NCBI GenBank assembly: GCA_963854265.1
Contig: CAWKYX010000001.1
Span: 396 to 64,395 of the forward strand
Source: Acidimicrobiia bacterium
GTDB taxonomy: Bacteria; Actinomycetota; Acidimicrobiia; Acidimicrobiales; UBA8592
Direction: 5' to 3'
Length of the DNA stretch: 64,000 nucleotides
Shown: in pieces, positions 46,371 through 53,980 of the stretch
How the letters are laid out: the number at the start of each line of letters is the position of its first letter
How positions within the stretch are numbered: position 1 is the first letter of the stretch
The notes under the pieces: model-generated
What the model was told of the DNA's origin: nothing
Seen by the model: only the letters and a program-made list of their open reading frames with translations
The model's database searches: none
Position numbers and translations under genes: made by a program

Positions 46371-46780
46371 GACGTGGGACTGAGTGCCACCACCGCGGTG
46401 CCGACAACGACGTCTTTGTCGCCGCGGGCGAGGCGGATGTCGCAGGTGGCATGGCGTTCGTCAGCGACGTCGTCGATGGATGTGACTGTGCCAGTGGCGG
46501 TGACCTCGTCACCTTCGAGGACCCAGCCCGTGAAGTTCACCTTGAGCCGTCGGATGCTGGCGGGCCCTTGCCAGGCCATGAGCATGTTGGCGATATAGGA
46601 CAGGTTGAGGGGCCCTTGGTTCACGACCCGTTCTGTCGGGAGCGATTCCAGTGATTTGTGATCCCAGTGGATGGGGTAGGGGTCGCGCAAGATCGCGGCC
46701 ATGGTCTTCATCCGCTGTGGGTCGACGCTTTCCATCTTCCACGGCGGGATTTCGGTGCCCACGTCCGCGGTGCTGCTCAT
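46367..46780 (-). CDS. MaoC-like hydratase, hotdog fold
   Basis: The 137-aa ORF has VVNQGPLNLSYIANMLMAW, as in 12150..12614. It has ATGA overlaps on both sides. Confidence 0.7.
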   Translation of the reverse strand: MSSTADVGTEIPPWKMESVDPQRMKTMAAILRDPYPIHWDHKSLESLPTERVVNQGPLNLSYIANMLMAWQGPASIRRLKVNFTGWVLEGDEVTATGTVTSIDDVADERHATCDIRLARGDKDVVVGTAVVALSPTS

Positions 46781-47232
46781 TGTTCTCTCCTGAAGCGCCA
46801 GTGGTTTGTGACCCGGGCGACCAGCACGCCATCGGGCGAGCGCATCTCGATCGAGAACACGAAGCGGTCATAGAGCTTGCCGCTGGGGGCCGTCATGCGC
46901 TCCACCTCGAGCACCGACCCCTCGACCGCGTAGTCGACTTCTTCTTGGAGCGGGCCAAAGTACTCCCAGTCGTAGCCATCAAGTCCGACCGAGCCGGCGC
47001 CTTCGACATGGCCCAGTTCGAAGAGGTCGGCAATAGAGGTGCCCGCTCCCTGGATGGGGACGTGGAAAAGGCTGACGGGGTGCACAAGCCCATCAGGCAG
47101 TTGCTCAATCCCGGCGCAGTCGGTGAGGAGCCAGTTCTCCCAGTGCTCGATGCGTCGAGTGCCTCCGGGAAACTTGTGCCCGATCAAGGCGACCATGGTG
47201 GCTTCGTCTACTTCAGCCATGTTCAGCTCCAA
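46777..47232 (-). CDS. MaoC N-terminal-type hotdog protein (partner of 46367..46780)
   Basis: The 151-aa ORF has the same order and overlap pattern as the 12611..13057 / 12150..12614 pair. An alternative ATG lies at 47220. Confidence 0.6.
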   Translation of the reverse strand: MELNMAEVDEATMVALIGHKFPGGTRRIEHWENWLLTDCAGIEQLPDGLVHPVSLFHVPIQGAGTSIADLFELGHVEGAGSVGLDGYDWEYFGPLQEEVDYAVEGSVLEVERMTAPSGKLYDRFVFSIEMRSPDGVLVARVTNHWRFRREQ

Positions 47233-47852
47233 ACGTCCTGGCCGCTGCGTTCGACTTCCATCAACCGACCCAGGTTGTGGCTGACGACTTTGTCTATGTG
47301 CAGCTGCATCATGTGGCGGTCGGGGGCTGCGAAGGTTGCGATCTCGCGCTCCAGGCGTTCAGGAGACGGCGGCCGACCGCCGCGCGCCCTCGTCAGAAAT
47401 GCATTGGTGTAGCGGCGGAGGAGGTCGTCGTCCTGGGTCATCTCGATCTGGCCTCGTAGTGTGACCTGGCGGCCGATGTCTTCGGGGTCCCACATACAGA
47501 ACGATGCGGCCGGGTTGCGTTTCCATGAGTGGAACTTCGCCCGGTTGGTGGTCGAGGTCACGGTCACCAGTTCGTCCAGGACCACATACAGCATGACCGC
47601 CTGGACCGGCTCGTTCGCCTTCGTGACCCAGGAGACGACGGCGTGGGTCGCGGTGTTGATGATCTCGTTGACCTCATCGTCGGCCAACGTGAACGGGGCT
47701 ATCTCGCGTCGCGCGAACCAGGGTGGACGTGAAGGGCTCGGGCTCTCGGGTTCAGGTGGCACGAGCCGATCGTAGTGGGTGGTCGATGGGCGCGTGCTCG
47801 GCTCAGGAGGCCTGTCGGGTATGGCTGAGCGAACGCGTGGGCGTCCACCCAA
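47223..47852 (-). CDS. PPOX-class (pyridoxamine-5'-phosphate-oxidase-like, probably F420- or FMN-binding) protein
   Basis: INTATHAVVSWVTKANEPVQAVMLYVVLDELVTVTSTTNRAKFHSWKRNPAASFCMWDP is a split-barrel PPOX-like pattern. The ORF start at 47852 overlaps the upstream gene by 50 nt, so GTG 47762 is a more likely start. Confidence 0.5.
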   Translation of the reverse strand: MGGRPRVRSAIPDRPPEPSTRPSTTHYDRLVPPEPESPSPSRPPWFARREIAPFTLADDEVNEIINTATHAVVSWVTKANEPVQAVMLYVVLDELVTVTSTTNRAKFHSWKRNPAASFCMWDPEDIGRQVTLRGQIEMTQDDDLLRRYTNAFLTRARGGRPPSPERLEREIATFAAPDRHMMQLHIDKVVSHNLGRLMEVERSGQDVWS

Positions 47853-48627
47853 AATGGGTTCGCAGGATCCGGTTCCACTTGTTTGCGCCCAGCTCGCCGT
47901 GCAGTGCCGCCAGCCCCACGCAGTACTTGCTCATCTGCACGGGTCGGATGTGGTTGGCCCATAACAGCCTGTCCATAGTCGTTGATCCGGACACGGACTT
48001 CGTTTCCACGAGGGCGTGACCAGCGAGCTCAACCTGTGCGCCTTCGGGTTCGGTGCAACACAAGCCCACGTCGATGGTTGCTCGGCTCGTACCGGCATCG
48101 ATCAGAAGGGTCGCTCGGAGATACGCCGTGGTCAGCGTGTGCTGCAGGTTCGAGCTCTGGGGGCCATCCGGGTCGACCTCGGCGATGAAGTGTCGGCCCT
48201 GTTGATTAAGGAGGTGGCGGTCCGCGAGCGGATAGTCGAGCCGGTGCTTGATGGTCTGGCCGTTGCGGTCGCGCGTCTTGACTTCCAACGCACATGCACT
48301 TGAGTCCACATAAGCCCGCGTTCGGACCTTGCGGCGCCGGGGCCGACTCCGTGCCGCATCGCGGTAGGACTGCAAGTCCGCGGTGTCGAAGTAGATCGAC
48401 TCGTAGCGAAACAGCCGTGTCTTGTCGATCTCCAGCGCCTTGGTGTCCGTGCCGAAGTCGGTAAACAATCCTCCGAGCGTCGACACAGGAACGATGTACT
48501 TGCGGTCTCGGCGATGCTGGAGCGAAGCCGCACTGGCGAGCGCGTCCAGCCCGAGGCTCGGTAGGGAGCCAAGCGCGGCAACCAGATCGTTGGGCGCGCG
48601 GTTGTCGTCCATGTTGGCGCCGGTCAA
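47803..48627 (-). CDS. VTC-domain (polyphosphate-polymerase-like, triphosphate-tunnel fold) protein
   Basis: RKYIVPVSTL, RYESIYFDT, RRRKVRTRAY, LEVKTRDRNGQTIKHR and VETKS are basic beta-strand motifs, as in bacterial VTC-domain proteins. The start is TTG 48627 or ATG 48612. Confidence 0.6.
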   Translation of the reverse strand: MTGANMDDNRAPNDLVAALGSLPSLGLDALASAASLQHRRDRKYIVPVSTLGGLFTDFGTDTKALEIDKTRLFRYESIYFDTADLQSYRDAARSRPRRRKVRTRAYVDSSACALEVKTRDRNGQTIKHRLDYPLADRHLLNQQGRHFIAEVDPDGPQSSNLQHTLTTAYLRATLLIDAGTSRATIDVGLCCTEPEGAQVELAGHALVETKSVSGSTTMDRLLWANHIRPVQMSKYCVGLAALHGELGANKWNRILRTHFGWTPTRSLSHTRQAS

Positions 48628-49208
48628 CCGTTGGTAGGAGACGGGTTGATTTGGTAGCGGACTTCGACCGTGGTCGTGTCGCGGACCAGGTCGACCCGAC
48701 GGACTTTCACCCGGTGGATTCGGCCACCCAGCAGTTCCCCAGAGCGGTCGCGGAGCTCGGTCTCGTCGGTGATGGCGGCATCCAGGTTGAGCACCTGGAC
48801 CCGATAGTCAGCGTAGAGACGGGGGTGGTCGCCGACGAACAACGCGGCCAAGAGGGCGCCCATCAGCGCTGGTGCCAGCCAACCAGGTTCGACCTCGAAC
48901 CCAGCGATCAGCCCCATCGCCAAGGCGGCGAAGTAATAGGCGACCTCTTCTTGATCCAGCTCGGCCGAACGAAGGCGGATGATCGACAACACGCCGAACA
49001 GGCCCAGCCCGAGTCCGATCCCCACCGAGTCCGATGCCAGCGCCGAGGTGACCGCCAAGACGCCGGTGTTTACCCCGAGGTAGGCAACCACCATGTCTTT
49101 GCGCCGGTGGCGCGGGAAATATAACGCGAAGGTCAAAATGGCGATGGCGACGATGTCCAGTGCAAAAAGCGCTGATTGGGGCACGAACCCTCCTAGGGGC
49201 GACGACAC
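48624..49208 (-). CDS. Small membrane protein, DUF4956-like (usual partner of bacterial VTC-domain genes)
   Basis: Three to four hydrophobic helices are followed by a soluble tail. It overlaps the VTC gene by 4 nt. An alternative start, GTG 49184, is preceded by AGGAGGG. Confidence 0.5.
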   Translation of the reverse strand: MSSPLGGFVPQSALFALDIVAIAILTFALYFPRHRRKDMVVAYLGVNTGVLAVTSALASDSVGIGLGLGLFGVLSIIRLRSAELDQEEVAYYFAALAMGLIAGFEVEPGWLAPALMGALLAALFVGDHPRLYADYRVQVLNLDAAITDETELRDRSGELLGGRIHRVKVRRVDLVRDTTTVEVRYQINPSPTNG

Positions 49209-49592
49209 GTGAATAGCAGGTATCTGTGGCCGTCAGCGATATTCGACGTCGCGGCCGCGCGTCGAGTTCCCTTCTCAAGATCGGTTGTTTCGCTCCCGAA
49301 TCCAGGATCGGGACGGGCGAGGCCGTTGGATCGCAGCGTTGTGAACGGCCCGCACCGCCCAGCGCGTTCGTAGGGTGGCGGCCATTGCGACCTCTGACTA
49401 TGGGCTCACCATGGGATTCACGAGGCTTGGGTGGGCGACTCAAAACCAAACCGTTGCCACGCGGGTAGAGGCCGGTCCCGAGACACAGGCCAAGCGTCGA
49501 GCAGCGATTCGTTTTGGGTGGTCCGTTGAGGCGCGCTACGCGCCAATAGCTGGGCCACAGTCGGCCGCCCCCCGCCCTGTCAGGACCGCTGG

Positions 49593-50486
49593 TCAGCTTC
49601 CGGGTACAACACCGGCTGGCAAGGACTCGATGTGCGACGCTATGTGTCTTGGTTGGGTCAGCCAGACGTCGTCGCGTCGTTCCGCTATGTGTTTCAGGGC
49701 CTCGCGGAGCGGTCGCATCCGGAATGGTTGGCCCACAAGGAACGGGTGGAGCGAGATCGAATAGACCAGTGGTTGTTTTGCTGACTGTTCGAGCATCTCG
49801 TCGAACTGGTCGATCATCATCTCGGCGAATTGGCGGCCAGTGTTGTGGCGTCGCACGAAGATGCCCACATCATTCATCTCGACGGGGTACGGAATGTTCA
49901 AGATGGGCTCGGACCGGGTCTTGATGTAGATGGGCTGGTCGTCGCACGGCCATTGCATCGTGTAGCCGTACCCGGCCTCTTTCAAGAGGTCGCTGGTGAC
50001 GGCCGACTCGGCGATCGAGGGGCCCATCCAACCAGTTGGGCGTTGGCCCCAGTGTTTGGTGATCTCTTCGGTGATCTCGCCAATGAAGCGCTCTTCGTCG
50101 TCTTCCCAGAAGTTGCTGGAACGCTCGGAGTTGGTGCGCCCATGGGCGACGAGCTCGTCGTCGCGTTCGATCACCTTGGCGATGATGTCGGGGTAGCGAG
50201 CCATGACCTCGGAGTTGATGTTGTGGGAGAGGGGGAGGTCGAGTTCGTCAAAGGCGTCGAACATGCGCCAGATGCCGATGCGGTTGCCATAGTCACGCCA
50301 TGCCGAGTTGCGGTGGCTGGGGTCGGCGTCAACCGCCGAATCGTTGAGCCCGACGCCGGCCTTGAACGCGAAGTGTTCGAGGTTGTTGGAGAGCACCACG
50401 GCGAGCCGCGTCCCGTTCGGCCAGTCATACACCGGCCGCTGGTTGATCGGGATGTAGTCGTAGCGGTCGTTCTCTGGAAGTTTCAT
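49593..50486 (-). CDS. Polysaccharide-deacetylase-fold protein (PuuE/allantoinase-like)
   Basis: ORF 49593..50798 is trimmed to ATG 50486 (ATGA overlap). RDYGNRIGIWRMFD...ELVAHGRTN...ISLHPFLVGQPFR resembles PuuE-type deacetylase-fold enzymes. Confidence 0.6.
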   Translation of the reverse strand: MKLPENDRYDYIPINQRPVYDWPNGTRLAVVLSNNLEHFAFKAGVGLNDSAVDADPSHRNSAWRDYGNRIGIWRMFDAFDELDLPLSHNINSEVMARYPDIIAKVIERDDELVAHGRTNSERSSNFWEDDEERFIGEITEEITKHWGQRPTGWMGPSIAESAVTSDLLKEAGYGYTMQWPCDDQPIYIKTRSEPILNIPYPVEMNDVGIFVRRHNTGRQFAEMMIDQFDEMLEQSAKQPLVYSISLHPFLVGQPFRMRPLREALKHIAERRDDVWLTQPRHIASHIESLPAGVVPGS

Positions 50487-51325
50487 GATTCCTCGGCTTG
50501 TCGGTCCAAAAAGGCTTGGAGATGGTTGGCGATCTCGGGGCTCGCGGTGGTGAAGTGCCCGAGCACATCGGTGAGGTGGGGGAGCGAAACGACCTCGGCC
50601 TGGGGTGGGAGCAGCGGCAACGCTCTGGTGGTTTCGGCATCGAGGTCGTCGGCGACGTGTAGCGCTAAGAAGGGTTGACGGATCTTCCCAAGCAGGCCGC
50701 CGGTGTCGTGTTCGAAGACTGCGTGATGCCCATACCAGGCATCGGGTTGGCACAGCAGGTGATCCATGACGAACTCGTGCAGGAGCTCGGGGTCCCAAGC
50801 TTTTGACCGGACTGCGGCGCCCCCGAATCCGCCGTCACGCCACCACCGCCAATACCAGTCGAGGTGTGAGCCGTCGTGATCGGGTTCTGGCTCGTGGAGA
50901 TAGCTGTCCTTGTAGTCGGAGATCTCATCGGAGGCGAAGACCGGTACGGCTACGACCGCAATGCTGCGAACTCGGTCGGGGTGGTTGGCCGCCAACTCGA
51001 TGGCCTCACATGAACCTGTGTGGATCCCCACAACATCGAATCGATCGATCCCCATGCCGCTCAGGGCTTCGACCGTGGCGTCGGCGTACTGGGCAAGTGA
51101 GATTGGTGCCTGGGGGTGATCGGACACGCCCGAGCCGAGTCTGTCCGGGGTGACAACACGTCGCGAGGTCTCGAGGAGCGGCGTGATGTGGCGGAACATT
51201 CGGCTTGATGACAGCGACATATGCAACATCACGAGCGGTAGGTCGCCATCACCGCTACTGCGCACGTGAACATGGCCGTGTTCAGTCCGGATCAGTGTCC
51301 GCGTCATCTGTTCGGGACTTCTCAT
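50483..51325 (-). CDS. Alpha/beta-fold protein with a non-canonical G-I-H-T-G elbow
   Basis: The alpha/beta hydrolase layout is present: LVMLHM... (oxyanion region), DVVGIHTGSCEAIELAANHPDRVRSI, and a C-terminal GH. His occupies the position where Ser or Asp is expected. Confidence 0.7.
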   Translation of the reverse strand: MRSPEQMTRTLIRTEHGHVHVRSSGDGDLPLVMLHMSLSSSRMFRHITPLLETSRRVVTPDRLGSGVSDHPQAPISLAQYADATVEALSGMGIDRFDVVGIHTGSCEAIELAANHPDRVRSIAVVAVPVFASDEISDYKDSYLHEPEPDHDGSHLDWYWRWWRDGGFGGAAVRSKAWDPELLHEFVMDHLLCQPDAWYGHHAVFEHDTGGLLGKIRQPFLALHVADDLDAETTRALPLLPPQAEVVSLPHLTDVLGHFTTASPEIANHLQAFLDRQAEES

Positions 51326-51348
51326 TGTGCAGAGCGTATTCTATCTGT

Positions 51349-52206
51349 ATGCACCGCGGGTATGCCGATACGACCTTGGGCCAGATCCACTATGTGGAGG
51401 CCGGGACTGGCCCACCCATTGTCTTGCTGCACCAGACGGCGAGCAGTTCGGTTATGTACGAGCGCGCCATGCCGTTGCTTGCTGCTGGCTACCGCGCCAT
51501 AGCCATCGACACGCCGGGATTCGGCATGTCTGATGGACCGGCGGGGCCTGAAGGTGTGATTGAGCACTACGCCGAAGCCGTAGTTGGTGTCATGGATCAT
51601 CTCGGCATCGAAGCTGCGCACATTGTCGGGTTTCACACTGGCGCCACCACTGCGGTCGAGCTGGCGAGTGCGCACGCGGACCGTGTCCGGTCGCTGGTGA
51701 TCTTCTGTGTCTTGGCGTTGGCATCCGACGAGGAGCGGGCGGAATGGCTGTCGCGCGACGACCTCGCCACCGCGTGGGTGCCCGATGGCGAGGGTCGGTT
51801 CCTCGAGACCGACATCGTCGATTACGTGGCCCACTTTGCAACACCCGACGATGGTGAGACGTACGTCCGCGAGCTGATAGCGAAACTCCAAGCCGGGCCC
51901 GAGTATTGCTGGGCCTACGAGGGTGTTGCTCGCTATGATCACTACGCGAGCTATGCCAAGCTGGCTTGCCCCACGCTGGTACTGAACGCCGAGAACGAAG
52001 TCCTGCACTCCTATACCGAGCTGGCGCACGCCGCGATCGCACACAGCGAGTACCAAGTCATTGCTGGGCCCGAGCCCGAGGTCCGTGGGTGGGTCGCGGT
52101 GGTTCCCGAGTACCCGGCCGAGTTCGCCGAGGCGATCACAGGTTTCGTCGAACGCGTCGAGTCGGGCGAGGCCGCCCTCCCACAGGGTGACGCGGGCCGA
52201 CCATGA
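51349..52206 (+). CDS. Alpha/beta-fold protein with a non-canonical G-F-H-T-G elbow (paralogue of 50483..51325)
   Basis: ORF 51205..52206 is trimmed to ATG 51349. Motifs are IVLLHQTASSS and HIVGFHTGATTAVELASAHADRVRSL. Confidence 0.7.
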   Translation: MHRGYADTTLGQIHYVEAGTGPPIVLLHQTASSSVMYERAMPLLAAGYRAIAIDTPGFGMSDGPAGPEGVIEHYAEAVVGVMDHLGIEAAHIVGFHTGATTAVELASAHADRVRSLVIFCVLALASDEERAEWLSRDDLATAWVPDGEGRFLETDIVDYVAHFATPDDGETYVRELIAKLQAGPEYCWAYEGVARYDHYASYAKLACPTLVLNAENEVLHSYTELAHAAIAHSEYQVIAGPEPEVRGWVAVVPEYPAEFAEAITGFVERVESGEAALPQGDAGRP

Positions 52207-52240
52207 CGAGGGGACCGACCATGAGACGAGGGGACCGACC

Positions 52241-52648
52241 ATGAGAACAGCGATTGATCGTTACTTCAACGAAGTGCTCAGCAATGAGAACCCCGCTGCG
52301 GCCGACGAACTACTCACCGACGATGTGGTGTGCCGCTTGCCGACGGGACAAACAACGCACGGGGTTCAGGCCGTGAAGGACGCCGTAGCCGGGGCTGCCG
52401 CGGCGTTCCCTCATCGCGGCGTGCATGTCGATCAGGCAATCTTGCTCGACGACCGGGCAGCCATCGTCTACACGCTCGTGATGGCACACGTTGGCGACTT
52501 CTTGGGTATCGCAGCCACGGGCAACGAGATCACGGTCACCGGCGTCGACATCTTCCGTTTCACGGATGGCAAAATCAGCGAGATCGATGTGTTCTATGAC
52601 CCGCAGCTGATCTTCGAACAACTGGGCATTGACCCCGACGCCCTCTGA
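52241..52648 (+). CDS. SnoaL-like / ester-cyclase-type NTF2 protein
   Basis: ORF 52061..52648 is trimmed to ATG 52241. Motifs are IDRYFNEVLSNENPAAADELLTDDV and TGVDIFRFTDGKISE. Confidence 0.75.
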   Translation: MRTAIDRYFNEVLSNENPAAADELLTDDVVCRLPTGQTTHGVQAVKDAVAGAAAAFPHRGVHVDQAILLDDRAAIVYTLVMAHVGDFLGIAATGNEITVTGVDIFRFTDGKISEIDVFYDPQLIFEQLGIDPDAL

Positions 52649-52651
52649 CCG

Positions 52652-53959
52652 CTAGCCCCCCGTGGCTTGTATTGCTTCCACCTCATCGTCTGACATCTCC
52701 AGCAGCCCGCGAAGAATCTCGTCGTTGTGGGCACCCAAGGGTGGACCAGCCCACTTGATTGAACCTGGGGTATCGGAGAGATGTGGGGCCACGTTCTGCA
52801 TCCGTAGGTCGCCGAATTCCTCCGATGGCACGGTGGCGATCGACCCGCGTGCGGCGAAGTGTGGATCCTCCAACATCTCGGGCGCGCGGTAGATGTGCCC
52901 AGCCGGGACGCCGTGCGTTTCGAGTACCTCGAGGAGGGCTTCGCTGTCGAGGGTTCCGGTCCAGGCAGCAATCATTTCGTCGAGTTCGACTTGGGTTTGA
53001 CCGCGTGCGGCGTGGGTCGCATAGCGATCGTCGGTAGCGAGCTCGGGGCGCCCCATGGCTTCTGCGAGCCGGACAAACACGGTGTCTTGGTTGGCGGCCA
53101 CGAGAATCATCTGGTCATCTGCGGTTGGGTAGACATTTGACGGCGCGACGTTGGGGATGATCGCGCCGGTGCGCTCGCGGATGTAGCCGGCCACCTGGTA
53201 CTCGGGGATGAGCGATTCGGTGAAGGCAAGCACCGCTTCGTATATGGCTGAGTCCACGATCTGGCCCCTGCCCGTTGTTTCTCGAGCATGGACGGCGGCG
53301 AGACCACCGAGCGCGGCCATCGTGCCCGCAAGGCTGTCGCCGATGCTGATCCCCATACGGCTGGGTGGAGACGACGGGTCGCCGACGATGTAGCGCAGGC
53401 CACCCATGGCTTCGCCGATGGAGCCATAGCCGGCCCTGCTCGCGTATGGCCCGGTCTGGCCAAACCCCGTGACTCGGATGAGGATGATGCCGGGGTTGAC
53501 CTTGACGAGGTCTTCGTAGCCGAGGTTCCAGCGCTCGAGCGTGCCGGGACGGAAATTCTCGACGACGATGTCCGATGTTGCTGCCAGACGGCGCACCATG
53601 GCTTGGCCGGCCTCGCTGCGCAGGTTGACCGTGACCGACTTCTTGTTCCGGGCGACGACGGGCCACCACAGTGAGCGACCGTGGGGCTTCTCGCGACCCC
53701 ACTCGCGCATGGGATCGCCGATCCCGGGTTGTTCGAGCTTGATGACTTCAGCGCCGAAGTCCCCGAGCAGTTGTGCACAGAACGGGCCAGCCAGCAGCTG
53801 GCCCATCTCGATCACCCGCAGTCCGGCCAGTGGCCCGTCTGAAGGTGCTTCGTTTTCGGTTGCCGCTGCAGTCAAAGGGGCCTCAATCAGTGCTGTGTAT
53901 ACTCCGTGCACACTAGCTGAATTCGGGGCTGGCCGAATCGGCTCTGATTGGCAACACAT
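52652..53959 (-). CDS. Family III CoA-transferase (CaiB/BaiF-type)
   Basis: GLRVIEMGQLLAGPFCAQLLGDFGAEVIKLE, ENFRPGTLERWNLGY and TGFGQTGPY. The true start is probably downstream of 53959, for example TTG 53875 preceded by GAGG. Confidence 0.85.
   Translation of the reverse strand: MCCQSEPIRPAPNSASVHGVYTALIEAPLTAAATENEAPSDGPLAGLRVIEMGQLLAGPFCAQLLGDFGAEVIKLEQPGIGDPMREWGREKPHGRSLWWPVVARNKKSVTVNLRSEAGQAMVRRLAATSDIVVENFRPGTLERWNLGYEDLVKVNPGIILIRVTGFGQTGPYASRAGYGSIGEAMGGLRYIVGDPSSPPSRMGISIGDSLAGTMAALGGLAAVHARETTGRGQIVDSAIYEAVLAFTESLIPEYQVAGYIRERTGAIIPNVAPSNVYPTADDQMILVAANQDTVFVRLAEAMGRPELATDDRYATHAARGQTQVELDEMIAAWTGTLDSEALLEVLETHGVPAGHIYRAPEMLEDPHFAARGSIATVPSEEFGDLRMQNVAPHLSDTPGSIKWAGPPLGAHNDEILRGLLEMSDDEVEAIQATGG
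53895..53913. promoter_or_regulatory. Weaker third copy of the GTATAC...G(T/C)ACAC box
   Basis: GTGTATACTCCGTGCACAC shares TGTGTATAC with the 62704 box, but the spacer is 2 nt shorter. It lies between the divergent CoA-transferase gene and the lyase-MFS-GntR operon. Confidence 0.3.
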
Positions 53960-53980
53960 CCGGGTTTGAAGGACGTGGGC

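Noticed and set aside
49335-49360. The PHO-box-like GTTCACA (minus strand) upstream of the VTC/DUF4956 operon, which would have fitted phosphate control of a polyphosphate-related gene.
   Set aside because: Only one unit is present, whereas actinobacterial PHO boxes need at least two 11-nt direct repeats. The neighbouring 11 nt match poorly.
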